Shown piece by piece: positions 11,856 through 23,645 of a stretch of DNA of 64,000 nt. Source of the stretch: Neodothiora populina (taxonomy: Eukaryota); the NCBI RefSeq assembly GCF_041146345.1, contig NW_027191406.1:434001-498000 (forward strand). Direction: 5' to 3'. How positions within the stretch are numbered: the first letter of the stretch is position 1; each line of letters starts with the position of its first letter. Below the pieces are notes generated by a model. The model was given only the letters and a program-made list of their open reading frames with translations, was not told the DNA's origin and did not search any database. The translations under genes were made by a program, and so were the position numbers.

Positions 11856-12662
11856 TTAGCGGACGTACTTGCTCATGAATCGTCTGTGGAAATCACTTCT
11901 CAGCAAGTCGTTCACAAACTCCTTGCCCTTCTTCTCCTCTGTTCCTCGAGCCTGGTTCTTGAACACAACATCGTCGTCCCAGCGCCTCTTCATGGCATAG
12001 TCCTTAGGGTTGAGCAAAGGGTTTCCTCGGGCAATGTCGAACTCTCTCTGTTCTTCTTCCTTCACTGCCCGTTCAGCAGCCTCCTTTGCGGCTTGTTCTG
12101 CGCGCTCGGCCTTGACCTTGGCGAGTTCGCGCATGAGATTCAATTCTTCGTCGTCGTCGTCGTCGTCATCTGAATCCTCATCGCTATCGTCGTCCTCGTC
12201 GTCGTCGTCCTTGTCTGATCCCGACGCGCCAGAATCAGATTCAGCGTCGATAACGCGGGTCTGCTCTAGCACACGGCGCCGCTTGGTCTCGTAGTCTTCT
12301 TCCCCTTCTCCCGCTTCTGCGCCATTCCCAGCTTCGGTCTCCAAAGGCCGCTTGATACCGCGAGCCACATCAGCGCCATCATGCTGGGTCTTGACAAAAC
12401 CCTCAATAGCCAAAGTCGTTGCGTCGTCGTCCTCCTCTTCAGGCGACGGTTCGCGACCTTCCTTCTTGGCATAGTGTCTTCGTTCGGCGCGCAGCAGTTC
12501 GGCGCGCAGATCGCGACCGGCGTTCTCTGCCGTCGTGCCTTGCGTCGCTTGTCTGAATTTGAGGGTTTTGTGCGCGGGCAGCAGGCGCTGGTGGTAGGCT
12601 GGGCCGCGCTGTGCGTCTTTGCCGCGAGCTGGGTCGAAGGTCGGGCGGTGGGCGGTGGTCAT
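11856..12662 (-). CDS. CWC15: Pre-mRNA splicing factor Cwc15
   Basis: N-terminal MTTAHRPTFDPARG, LPAHKTLKFR, GNPLLN and C-terminal KRRWDDDVVFKNQARG...FVNDLLRSDFHRRFMSKYVR. Confidence 0.96.
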   Translation of the reverse strand: MTTAHRPTFDPARGKDAQRGPAYHQRLLPAHKTLKFRQATQGTTAENAGRDLRAELLRAERRHYAKKEGREPSPEEEDDDATTLAIEGFVKTQHDGADVARGIKRPLETEAGNGAEAGEGEEDYETKRRRVLEQTRVIDAESDSGASGSDKDDDDEDDDSDEDSDDDDDDDEELNLMRELAKVKAERAEQAAKEAAERAVKEEEQREFDIARGNPLLNPKDYAMKRRWDDDVVFKNQARGTEEKKGKEFVNDLLRSDFHRRFMSKYVR

Positions 12663-13758
12663 GGTTGCGTTGTGAGGCTTGTCGGCCGTCGATGGAGATT
12701 GTAGGTAGTGTTCTGTAGAGCGTTGTGTGATGGTTGATGATAATGAGGCGATATGGGATATGGGTTGATGGTGTTGAGTGGATTGGTCGGGAGGTAATTA
12801 TAGGAAGCACAAGTGCTGGTTGGTGTTCATCCACCTCTGCGGTTAATCCTCGGTGGTTGCGGCGACTGTCCTTCACCCCCGAGCTGCGACAATCGCTTGT
12901 AGGGCGACCCTGTCTGCTCCTCGGCCCCTGTCATTATAGCTCCTCTTTCGGTCTACACTTTGAAGGTCTGTGTTGAAGTGGATCGCAGTGGCTTTTTGAG
13001 GGAACTGAACCCTACATCACATGAAGGGGAAGAAGAAATAAGCACAGGCTGTGTCATATTGAGCTCAATTTTAGGTAGTCTCACGGGCTACTACGATCAA
13101 GACTCGAGTATTGGGCAGGGTCATGTTAGTGGTTACACTAAATGACATTACTGTCAATGGAGTTTGTTTGTCATGTCTTGCATTCTTCCTATCTACTTCG
13201 CCTAAGACGGTATTGAGTCTTGCTGCCGTGATAGCCAATTCATGTTCTTCGTGTCTTCGAAAGGGGAGGCCCGCGCGAGAAGTGTAGCGAGCAGCGGGCG
13301 GAATGACCGAAATCCGATGACCGTCAGCGATCTCAGAATGTCCAAAACTGCTTCCGCGCTCAACAAACCTCTCTGCCCATTATTATATATGACGTGGCAC
13401 AAGCCGAAAACCAACTTGAGAGTATCGGATGAGTGTTGTATAGCGGGTCTGCTCTTGCCCGCTTGGTCCACAGCAATGGCACACAAGGCTGCTGTCGAAG
13501 CTACAGTACGATCCATCAATAGTTGCCAGTCGCATGGCAGAGCGGGGCCGGGCTCCCTGTAAAGCTACGAGAATTGTAGCAGGGCATGTATATGAAGCAA
13601 TAGCTGCGCTCGCCGTTTGATGGGATTGCGATCATGTCCCGAATGCAATGTTGATCGTCCTGTAGGCGGCGAGTTCAAGGTCCGTCTGCATGTCTCGGAC
13701 CAAGCACCATGTCGTGTCCTCGGTAGACTTGCTCTTGCAATCCACACTGCTCAATCCA

Positions 13759-14135
13759 TCAATGATTCCTGAAATTCTTCTTCTGGTAGAACAGATCCGT
13801 CCTCGAACTACCCAGGTTGATAATCTTGGGGCAACCGTCCCTGTCCTTTTCTAGACGCGTGCATTCGAAGCAGTAGAAAGCGTCGGAGATGCCCTCGCCA
13901 CCGCAGACGACACACTTGTTCTGGTAGTTGCCAAAGGAGCACTCGTCGCAGATGCGCACGAGGGTGGTGGGACGGACATAACTGTCACAGACTGGACATT
14001 TGCCGTCGCACTTGTCGCAAAGACGTCCGATGGCAATGCCGGCCGTCTTGCGGCACATGACCAAGTCGCTGCGATGGTGTCAGTACAGTAGATTGCGCAT
14101 TTTTGGTTTAGCACTTACGGATGATGGCGAGACAT
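13759..14135 (-). CDS. RDS3: SF3b subunit Rds3/PHF5A (Ini1), 2 exons
   Basis: Exon 1 (14135-14119) and a 50-nt intron (14118-14069) give [33 protein letters not shown]...[14 protein letters not shown]. Confidence 0.97.
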
Positions 14136-14686
14136 GATGTTGAAATGTCGATATAGAGGGTGGAGGAAGACAGAGATCCAGTGGAATGAGGCGTGTATGT
14201 TGAGATCTGATTCGCGAGTGCAGTCCTAGATATTGGAATGTCAATGGTTACACGTGTGCTTGCTTCACAATCGCATCTGATGGTGGAGGTTTGGAGAAGC
14301 TGGGAGGACTCCGCTGACATGAGTCATGGTGCACAGCACAACAGATGGTGGAAGCACCATGTGTGACTCAAGCTGGCGGAGCGGAGCCGGGGAGCGGCGT
14401 CAGTCCGTCACCGGTCGGCTTTAAGCGATACATACAGCAAGGTACCTTTAACCACTTACTTGCCTGAGTTACAGTATACACTTGAGTCTAGAGATAAACC
14501 TTCACACCGTAGCCTTCCCAATTACACCTGCCAGGAGAGCTAGACCGACAGATCTGTTTGTCGTAGCAGTTGCCCACTACACGCGAGAGCACCTCATCGC
14601 GCCGGACAGCCAACAAATAGTGCGTTCTGCCAGCATACAATCAACATCACAGCACCCTCACGGCCGCTTTCACACCAACGCACCAG

Positions 14687-16101
14687 ATGGCGGAGACGAC
14701 AGATGCAGAGAACCCCCTGGTGTCCAAGAGCAGCTCCGACCCGTCGCTCTCTGTCCAGCTACATCCTCTGGTCCTTCTGACCATCTCCGACTACATTACT
14801 CGCCATACACTCCGAGAACACCAAGGTCCCATTGTGGGCGCCATCATTGGACAGCAAAATGGTCGCGAGGTCAGCATGGAGCACGCCTTTGAGTGCAAGC
14901 TCAGTGCAGCTGCATCGACATCAGACCATGCGTCTACATTGGCTTTGGATGAGGAGTGGTTCGCCGAGCGTCTCGAGCAATGTAAGTCACAGCAACAGCA
15001 GGACGCCGGGGAACAAGACGAGTATCAATGCTGATACACATGTCCACAGACAAGGAAGTCCACAAAGCCCCTGCACTCGATCTCGTCGCCATCTTCGCTC
15101 TGGGTCCTGCCACCGGTCCCCAGCCACAACACATCCCAATCTTGCAACAGCTGCAGACTCGCTACAACGACTCCCTAATACTGCTTCTGTTTCACCCAGA
15201 CACTATTCTCGACGGCAGTCTGACCGGCAGCAAGTTGCCTCTGTCTTTGTACGAGTCGTTCTACGAGCCAGGCGCAGACGGCGCCGACAGTAGCCTACAG
15301 GCCAGACAGCTCCAGATGCGCTTCCGTCAACTGCCCTATGATGTCGAGACTGCCGAAGCGGAGATGATCGCTGTCGACTTTGTGGCCAAGGGCAGCGGCA
15401 CCGCGACCGCGACCGTTCCAGCTCCAGCGAGTGTTCCAACTACTCAGAAATCCGGCGGAGAGGGCAGTCGATCTGCAAAGGGCAAAGCAAAACCCGCTGA
15501 TATTCCTACCATCGCCTCTGGCAGCGAGACTGCACTGGACGCCAGCGATCAGGACCTCATCGCCTCTCTGACCGGAAAGGCGAATGCCATCAAGATGCTG
15601 CACCAGCGTATAAACCTCATCAAGACCTACCTCCAAAGCCTGCCGGATTCCTACCTGACAGATGCTTCTCTCGCTCCATCAGCCGACCAATCCACCCAAC
15701 TAAACCAACCTCTGCTCCGCAACATATCCTCTCTCCTCTCGCGACTTCCGCTCCTGGCTCCTCCTCCTTCCCACCCCTCGACCGAAACCACCACCACTCC
15801 ATCATCACAACCGCCATCGCTCGCCACCGCCTCGGCGCACGAGCACGCAGACGTCCAGCTCGTCTCTCTGCTATCGGCATTGACCCGCTCGCTGGCCGAA
15901 GCCAAAGACATGGGATCCAAATACGCCATCGTCCAGAAGGCTCGCTCCGACAAGATGCCTTCACTATCACGCGGCTCCAACCGCGGGCCATTCGGCGGTG
16001 GCGGCGGTGGAGGCGCGGGTGCTCCGGGGTTCGGAGGGATACTGGAGGATAGCCCTAATCATGCATGGGGCTCTGCTGGCGATATGGTGCCGGAGTATTG
16101 A
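14687..16101 (+). CDS. CSN6: COP9 signalosome subunit 6 (MPN domain), 2 exons
   Basis: VQLHPLVLLTISDYITR, GAIIGQQNGREVSMEHAFE, ETAEAEMIAVDFVA, NAIKMLHQRI. Intron 14982-15049 (GTAAGT..CAG) joins ORFs 14687 and 15028. Confidence 0.93.
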
Positions 16102-16255
16102 GTTCGTTTTGTGAACGGGACTTTCCATCCCTTTGTTTCTTTTTTCCTTTCTTATTTCTTACGATAGCTCTATGCCGTATGTATCACGCACACGAAGCCA
16201 CCACCACGCAAAATGCATAAACCAGGCGTTTCAATCTGCGGGAAGATTTCCCCAA

Positions 16256-16286
<31 letters not shown>
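16256..16286. repeat. (GAC)n microsatellite downstream of CSN6
   Basis: About 10 perfect GAC units. Confidence 0.9.
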
Positions 16287-16287
<1 letters not shown>

Positions 16288-17193
16288 ATCTTAGATGAGA
16301 TCAATACCTGCCTATCGATTAGCACTTGGTCCTCGTCGTTCCAATGCGCAAGCCGATAGAATAAGTTGGCCCCCCCACATCTTCTAAGCACCACATGAAT
16401 AGCCACAGAAAACAAAACCTCTATTGTAATCAGCAGCAAACCTCATCGATTTCTATAGCTGTCTTCGTCCATAGCTGGTCACTGCGCCTTTCGATAACAT
16501 CGACGACAAAAGAAAGGGAAATGAGGATATTAGGATAATGATGGATTGCAATGTGCGCGAGGAAAAGAAGATGACTGTTTCTATCCTCCGTTTCCTCTTT
16601 TCAAAAATAAATTTGGTCATGAGCAAAACAAAAAGAAAGAAAATGATCAGGCTCTGGTACGTGCAACCACCACCACTTCCGCTCTCGTGATCAGAACTAG
16701 AAAATGAAAAAGCAAAAATGCAAAGCAAAACATCAAAAACCCCCAGAAACACGCTTTCTGTCCTTTATCCCAAAAAAGTGGAGTTATGTATGTGTGTAAG
16801 AGGGATGGGTATTCTGTCTCAGTCTTTCAGTAACAACAACAGCCATAAAACAACGCTCATAAATGCTTCCTTCGTTTCCTGATATATCTTTCTTTCTTTC
16901 TTTCTTTCTCTCCGTGTGTGTGGAAACAAGAAAGCTCTCGTGGTCGATAATCCGCATGCTCCTTTCCCGAAAAGTTCCGTGCATACCATCAGAAGACAAA
17001 AACAAATGAGAAAAGGGAAAACAAATTTCGCAACGCTGGCCTCTATCATGCATATGCCCATCTGCTTCTCTCTTCAATTTCGTGCAAAAGCCAGCTTCGC
17101 TAGATCTGGTTCAGAACCGGAATCCCCTTTACGTGATATGCGAAATAAAAGAAGGAGAACACGGACGTGATAAGAAAACCAAAAAAAAAGTCG

Positions 17194-19317
17194 TCAATAT
17201 CGAACCACTGGACTGCGGTTGACCTCATCATTCAGGAGAACGCCGTCTCTGATGCCCAGCTTCTCCAGCTGATCCATCCATGTGCCTCCCTTCCTGGGTT
17301 TGCCCTTGAGATGCCACCATCCCTTCTTGTCTGCCTCCTTTGCCGCATGCGGAGGTAGGGGCGAAGCATGTATCTCCGTGAAATTGTGATATCTCGAGTC
17401 TTGGCCTTCGTGCAAGCCTTTAGCGCTGGCCTGAATCTGACCTTGAGTCTGACTTTGTGTCTGACCGTGAGTCGGACCTTGCTGCTTCGCCTCGGTGGCC
17501 AAAGCGGGTGGCATGCTGGACTGATCGTACTTTCTGTGTCGTGAGAAGCCGCGCGTAGGAGTTGCCATGTGTGAGCTCGGCTTGGACGTATCAGAGGACG
17601 TACGTGATTGAGTGAGCTTGACACTCAGGCTGCGAGATAGTGAAGATCCAGATCTGGAGTGTTGGGATGACATGGGTGCGCGCAAGTTTGAGCCGGTCGG
17701 AGGATGAACGTCGAAAGATCTGTTGTGAGTATGTGAGTTCATATGCGCTGCGGGAGGACCGATGCCTATCATGTCGTCGACGGTGCGCTCGACACGCTGT
17801 CCACCGTCTCGTGCTTCACGATCAGTATCAGTGGTTCTGGCCATTCCTGTATGACTTTGCGATACAGGCTTCCTGCTGATAGTATGTCCATTGTTCTGTG
17901 GACGGGTGGGCATATAAACCTCGGGCTTGGCCTTTACTGGCGAGCCAAGGCGTGCAGCAACGATCTCGTCTTTCTCGCTCACTGCCGATGACTTGATGGT
18001 GGCCGAACGAGAGATGGAGACTGGACTCTTCACAGGAGGAGGATGACTGGCTTCTTCGATCGCAGACTCTTTCCATTGATCCAGGCTGGGGAGCGGAGGT
18101 AATTCGCGGTTGAGGTCTGGCTTTGCATGTCCCCTACGACCATCGGATCGCCCTCTGGTGGAATTGGATCTGCTCACCTCGCCACTTGTAATGCTGCCGT
18201 CATCCTTGTTGGAGCGACCCCAGTTTCGCCAATCGCGACGTGGCGGTGGACGGACAGCTTGTCCTCTGCTATCATATCGCTCGACATCGGAGCGTTGTCC
18301 GTTGTTGGCACGCGATCTACTTCTTGTGCGGCTCGGGTCTCTGCTGCGCGAACCGGGACGGACATAGTCCATGATACCATCCTTGACGCTGTTTGCAAGG
18401 CTCCTGACACTTCGCCCACTAGCCACACTCTTGATGCTTCTAGCTCTGCTTGTAGCGCGGGTGTTTGTGCGTGGTTCGCCCTCTGAAGGCCGTCGACTTC
18501 TGCCTCGGTTGTGCTTGTGGATCTCGTGGCGGATCCAGTCAATGGGATTCGAATCAGACTTGACGTGTGAATCCATCTCGGAAGGTACATTGGTCGAGGT
18601 TCGATTGGAAGCACGAGCTGGAGTTACGCCGGCCGAAGTTGGTGCAGTAGAAGTGTTCCAGAGATACTCAGTGACATCGGTGCGAGGGGTCGAACCACTG
18701 GTCTCATGCGAGCCTTGTCGCTGCGCACCTCTAGGACGGTCGTGTTGGGTGCTGAAACTGTTCGGGACTCTGGCCTGGTTCGTCTGCGGTGCAGAGCCAG
18801 ACTTTGTCCGGCGGTGTGTAGGGTCTGCGAGCAACAACTGATCGGCACGACGCAGTGAGCTTGCTCTGACCGGAAAGCCTGTATGATTTCCACCGTTGCT
18901 ATTGCTGGCGCTGTGGCCATTTGTGTGACCATTGACATTGCTCCTGGCAAACAAATCTGCGACTGGTAGCTCGGGCTTGTAAGCATACTGTCTCGCATCA
19001 ACACCTGGCTGAGGCTCGTCGTATCCGTTTGTCAGAGCCGATCGACTCTTGGTGGGTTGTGTGCGATGCTCTGTGGATTTATCGAGAGACTGCTTTATCG
19101 CCGAATAATCCAACTGTGCCTTGGCAGATGGTCGCGGAGCTTCATCATAGTTGTTATTCGGAATGTGCGAAGGCCTCTGGTTAGTCAGGACAGCTACACA
19201 GGCAGCACGAAGCTCCACTTCAATTCTTGGGTTCAATGGGGACCTTCGTCCAGGATACGGTGAAGGCGGTGGGGTATAATCCGGAGGAAACTGCGTTATT
19301 AGATTGTCTGTCGCCAT
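17194..19317 (-). CDS. Hypothetical Ser/Arg-rich, largely disordered protein (707 aa)
   Basis: Long uninterrupted ORF with short ordered-looking blocks (LNPRIEVELRAACVAVL; DLNRELPPLPSLDQW; WMDQLEKLGIRDGVLL..PVVRY). No recognised domain. Confidence 0.75.
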   Translation of the reverse strand: MATDNLITQFPPDYTPPPSPYPGRRSPLNPRIEVELRAACVAVLTNQRPSHIPNNNYDEAPRPSAKAQLDYSAIKQSLDKSTEHRTQPTKSRSALTNGYDEPQPGVDARQYAYKPELPVADLFARSNVNGHTNGHSASNSNGGNHTGFPVRASSLRRADQLLLADPTHRRTKSGSAPQTNQARVPNSFSTQHDRPRGAQRQGSHETSGSTPRTDVTEYLWNTSTAPTSAGVTPARASNRTSTNVPSEMDSHVKSDSNPIDWIRHEIHKHNRGRSRRPSEGEPRTNTRATSRARSIKSVASGRSVRSLANSVKDGIMDYVRPGSRSRDPSRTRSRSRANNGQRSDVERYDSRGQAVRPPPRRDWRNWGRSNKDDGSITSGEVSRSNSTRGRSDGRRGHAKPDLNRELPPLPSLDQWKESAIEEASHPPPVKSPVSISRSATIKSSAVSEKDEIVAARLGSPVKAKPEVYMPTRPQNNGHTISRKPVSQSHTGMARTTDTDREARDGGQRVERTVDDMIGIGPPAAHMNSHTHNRSFDVHPPTGSNLRAPMSSQHSRSGSSLSRSLSVKLTQSRTSSDTSKPSSHMATPTRGFSRHRKYDQSSMPPALATEAKQQGPTHGQTQSQTQGQIQASAKGLHEGQDSRYHNFTEIHASPLPPHAAKEADKKGWWHLKGKPRKGGTWMDQLEKLGIRDGVLLNDEVNRSPVVRY

Positions 19318-21501
19318 GTGCTGCTTCTCGTCCGATCTCGAAGGTATCTATTGACAACAAGAGTCAGTGACATATGGAACAGTATAAATCTCCAGACTCA
19401 CACCTACCATATGCGACAGGCCCAGCCCGAATTTCTTCATGTTGGCGATCGACGACAATGTGTGTTCAGTGTCGATGCGTCACAGCAGATGGTGCTGCAC
19501 AGTGACAGTAAAAGGGTCAGGCAGGCGGTGTGTAATTGGACTCTGATGTGTTGGTTCGGGATCGGTAGGAGTGAGCTCCCAAAACACAAGCCAGGGAAGG
19601 CAGGCTGACAGAAGAAGAAATTCGGACACGAAAAGGTAGTGTATGTACTCGTCAACGTGTCGATCGTGAGGCTGGGGGACTAAATCTCAAGGTTGTTGGT
19701 TGTAATTGCAGATGGTCATGGATCTTGTCTTTTGATTTGCATGGGCGCAAATGGGAAGAGCGATCGTGCTGCACTCGCTCTGCTGTACGGTTATGCCGTT
19801 CAGAGCAACGATTGGCTACCTGTTTGGCCTCTAGGTAGGGTACAGTAGGCTGCTCGAAGGCATGCAAAAGGCTCGCAGCCAGTCAATAAAAACAACTTCG
19901 TTCTGGCATATTATTTCCAGCTCGAAAGTGCTCCCAATATCACTCTGGCACAAGTGCTTCGCCAAGCTGAGGAAAGTACCCTGTTTTATCACCGGCAAAC
20001 CAGCATGCGGGATGCACTACTCAGCAGAACGAAAGATGGTCCCACGGGTGGGTGCGGCCCATGAATTTACGACGATACAACATAATATAGATTGGAAGCC
20101 GGTACGCTTCGGCGATCAGGTAGAGGCTAATGTTTGAGCATCGGGTTACACGCCGCCTCAAACGGTCTTGCCGGGCCAATCACCACCACATGGCATTTTT
20201 CGCATGTTTCAAGACTAGCTAATCGGGGTCGCAGACTTTGTATCAGCTTCGGTTGCGACCGCTCTCTCTCTCACTCTCACTCTCTCGAACCCTTCCTCCG
20301 TGCTTCAGCAACTAAGATAGGAATAAAACGTCTGCAAGGTGCAACATCGCCAACGCATGAACAAGCATTTCTTCGTTGTCGTCGCTACCACAGTCGTAGA
20401 AAGCCCGGCCGTTTCCTGCCCTGCCACTTGCACTTGTCGCAACCACACACTACAGAGACGACGACTGGGTATATTTCACATGCTTATGCTTGTATCACAA
20501 GTGGCGGGTGCGAGTAGTGGCACGAGCCAACAACACGCAGCCGCTTTTCGACTTGGTGTAGTACCTACGCTCAACGTGTGTAAGGTACAGATACTGCATA
20601 AACTCCCTGCCACTGTGCCTTGTAAGGCCCGACTCAGGTACAAGTACGCTACCCACCCACCGTTCCTGTGTACTGCACCTTGCTTCGCACCTAACTCAGC
20701 TTCGAATTCCCCACTAAGAACGGTGGGGGAAATCTTGTCAGCTCTACGGTGGAGTCCAAACGGCCAACGTACTTGTAACGCATCTGTGCATTGGGCATGA
20801 CCCCACCAGGTTCATGGTGCCCTTGGCCAATAAAGGAAGATCGAGTACCACGATAGCAGCCTGATAGCACTGTAGGATTCATCTATAATATGGATATTCA
20901 AGGAGCGCCACGGGGCCTAGAAGCCGTATGGTGTCAAATCAATCCGTCCCTGAACAGATACCACTCTCATCTCTGTGCCTCAGCCCCTTCCGAAAAAGCT
21001 TGCCTTATCACAAGTCTTATTGTTTCGCGCACAGCAGAATACAGCACAACACGCAACAGGACAGCCGAACTTTTACTGTAGGCGGTAGACTGTAAACATA
21101 CCCTTACCGCTCGAACCACCGCAGGTCGTAATAACGGCATTCGCACACAGCAGCAGAGCCCGCTGCCGAGGGATCACGGGGTAAATGGTCACTGCGTCCT
21201 TCGGCACAACAGCGGTGGTGCCACGACATTGAGATACATTAGTTCTCACCCATAGATTATGCCCGCACTCTGCTGTCTCGCTCAGAAGGCCGTTAGTCGA
21301 CTCACAGCCTTCAGACGGTAGGGCCACGACATTGTTGTCGTAGGATAGAGAGACAACTCACGAAAAGGGTGGTCTCCTCCACTCTATACCGCGAGATACC
21401 GGCTGCAGCGGCAATGACATGATGATCACTTGGTTCGAAATTTTCATAGGGCAGTAGAATGCTGATCATCTACAGGTACAGCCTTCGATTGCTTTGCTGT
21501 C

Positions 21502-22874
21502 TTACAAAGAGCTCTTTGCCCCAAAAACCACGTTGTCGAGCCACCCCTTGACAATCTCGTTGACTTCCTTTGGTGCCTGAGTCAAAGCCCAATGACTGGT
21601 AGCCACTTCACCTCTGCTCAAATGTGGGATGAATTCTTCCATTCCCAGTGACATCTCGGGCTTGAGGACGCTGTCCTTGGTTCCAGCAATAAATAGGACT
21701 GGCTGGTCGATATTCTTGTTCTTGAGTCTGCGCTACGCGTTAGGTCTGCCACGTTTGTATCAACATCGTCTATTCAATCGACTTACCCAAGCTCATCCTT
21801 GAAGTTTGCCTCGCGGGTACGGTACCAGTTCACTGAGAGATTGTCAGAGCTAAAGTCAGAAATAGAGCAACCATTCTATATCGACTCACAGGGTCCGTGC
21901 ATGCCACTGCGCATGTACTCTGACGTATAGTATTCGAGTTCCTATGGTTTCGTGAGCTCAAATAAACATGCAGTGATGTTTGATGATCATACCGTTTCGT
22001 CCAGCAACAGCGGCTTTCCAGACTTGTTCATGATGTCGAAATCGATGCCCTTCTCCGGGCTGAACATGAACTGGCCGTCTGGACTGCGCCCACCGTACAT
22101 AGCCGAGAGGAATTTTGACACACTCTCCCTCGATTGGATCTTAGCCTCCGGCTCTGGACCGGCCAGCTGTAGCTGATACCCGAATTGAGGCAGGTAGGGA
22201 ACCACTTTTTCCATGGGCTTGTAAGTGTCTGCTGGTGGTAAATACGGAGTGCAGACCGAGAGCACATGCGTGACCAGGGTAGGGTGCCACTGAGCAAAAC
22301 GATAGACAATAAGACCGCCCCTGGTCAACATTGTATATTAGCTGAAGTACATCCGTCGGTGCTTGTCTTACTGTGAATCACATACCAATCGTGACCACCA
22401 AGAATAATTTTTGGTGCATTGAGTATCTTTGCGAGCTCTGCCATGTTATCCGCTGCCCTCTTGAATCCATACAGTGAAATGTCCTCTGGAGGCACACGTG
22501 GAGCATCCTGCAGAGATGTCAGGATTTGCAGAGAACACTGGACCAACAGATTTGTTCGCTTACGGTTTGTCCATAGCCCATTTGATCGGGAACAACAACC
22601 CTCAGGCCTTGATCCATGAAGAAGGGGATCTGGTAGCGCCATCCAAATGATAGATCAGGCCATCCATGGACGAGGAAAATCGTGGCACGGTACTGTCCAT
22701 TTTTGGGCACACCGAGGAGGTAATCTGAATCGACTCAGCATCGCCTTATGAGTATGGTTGTGATATCATGATCGGGGGCAGATCAGTGGTCTACGTACGA
22801 TACCTGTGTCCGTTAAGGACCACGTACTCGTGGGTTACACGAGGGTCATCGGGAGTGATTTTATCTACGGACAT
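21502..22874 (-). CDS. Alpha/beta-hydrolase, soluble epoxide hydrolase-like, multi-exon
   Basis: Spliced reading gives MSVDKITPDDPR..., oxyanion HGWPD, PDQMGYG, nucleophile GHDW|GG split by an intron, WYRTR, catalytic SHWAL, ending GAKSSL*. Confidence 0.88.
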
Positions 22875-23645
22875 TATGCAGACGAGGTATGTGGCCTACG
22901 AGAGTAACCTGAACCGCAGAAGCGTTATCTTATAATGCAGTAGTCGTCGCTGTCGTCAGTCAAGAGGTCAGGCAACGTATTTCAATATCGTGGCTAAGTA
23001 TTCATGGGAACCGAGGCATAAAGACAGTGGTATTTTCATTACGAGCACGCCCCCGCCGAGTGTAAGGTACTATGTATTAAGTAGTAAGGCCTTACGCGTA
23101 AACCACACCGGTACTGTGCGTACAGATCAGAAAACCTGACAGGCCCATAACATGATCCGCTAATACGAGGAGATTGTCATCATGAGAGCAGAATATCTGG
23201 AGCAATTCGAAGCGCAGTTTATGATACCTGTCAGATTGTTGGGGTACTGACATGCATCGTCACTGAGGCGAGTCAAGATTAGGTACGGTAGGCATAGTAC
23301 ACTGGTTATCCCGGACGGCATTACTGCATGATGCCCCGCAGGACTTTACAGTACAGGTACAGTACCGTGCCCTATGGATGCTGTGCCGTAGCGTATTGAA
23401 CGCAACTTCGCACACAGGCTAGGCTACCGCTACTGTATACCGTTTGAATTGCACAGGTTTTGGCTTTTAGAGGTATCGCAGGGTTCGGCCCGAGAGGGTG
23501 GCGCGATTTTGACTCAATCCTCCTGGGCGTCGCGTGTCCGTATTGTACTGAATCCGATTGCCCGTGTGTACCCTCATTTGACTGACCAATGTGAGGTCGA
23601 GCTGCTGTATCGTTCTTCCGACCGAGCTGTGTCTGCATACCAAGA

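Noticed and set aside
13202..13562. Overlapping ~105-aa ORFs between CWC15 and RDS3
   Set aside because: No recognisable domain or codon bias; probably the RDS3 3' UTR or spacer.
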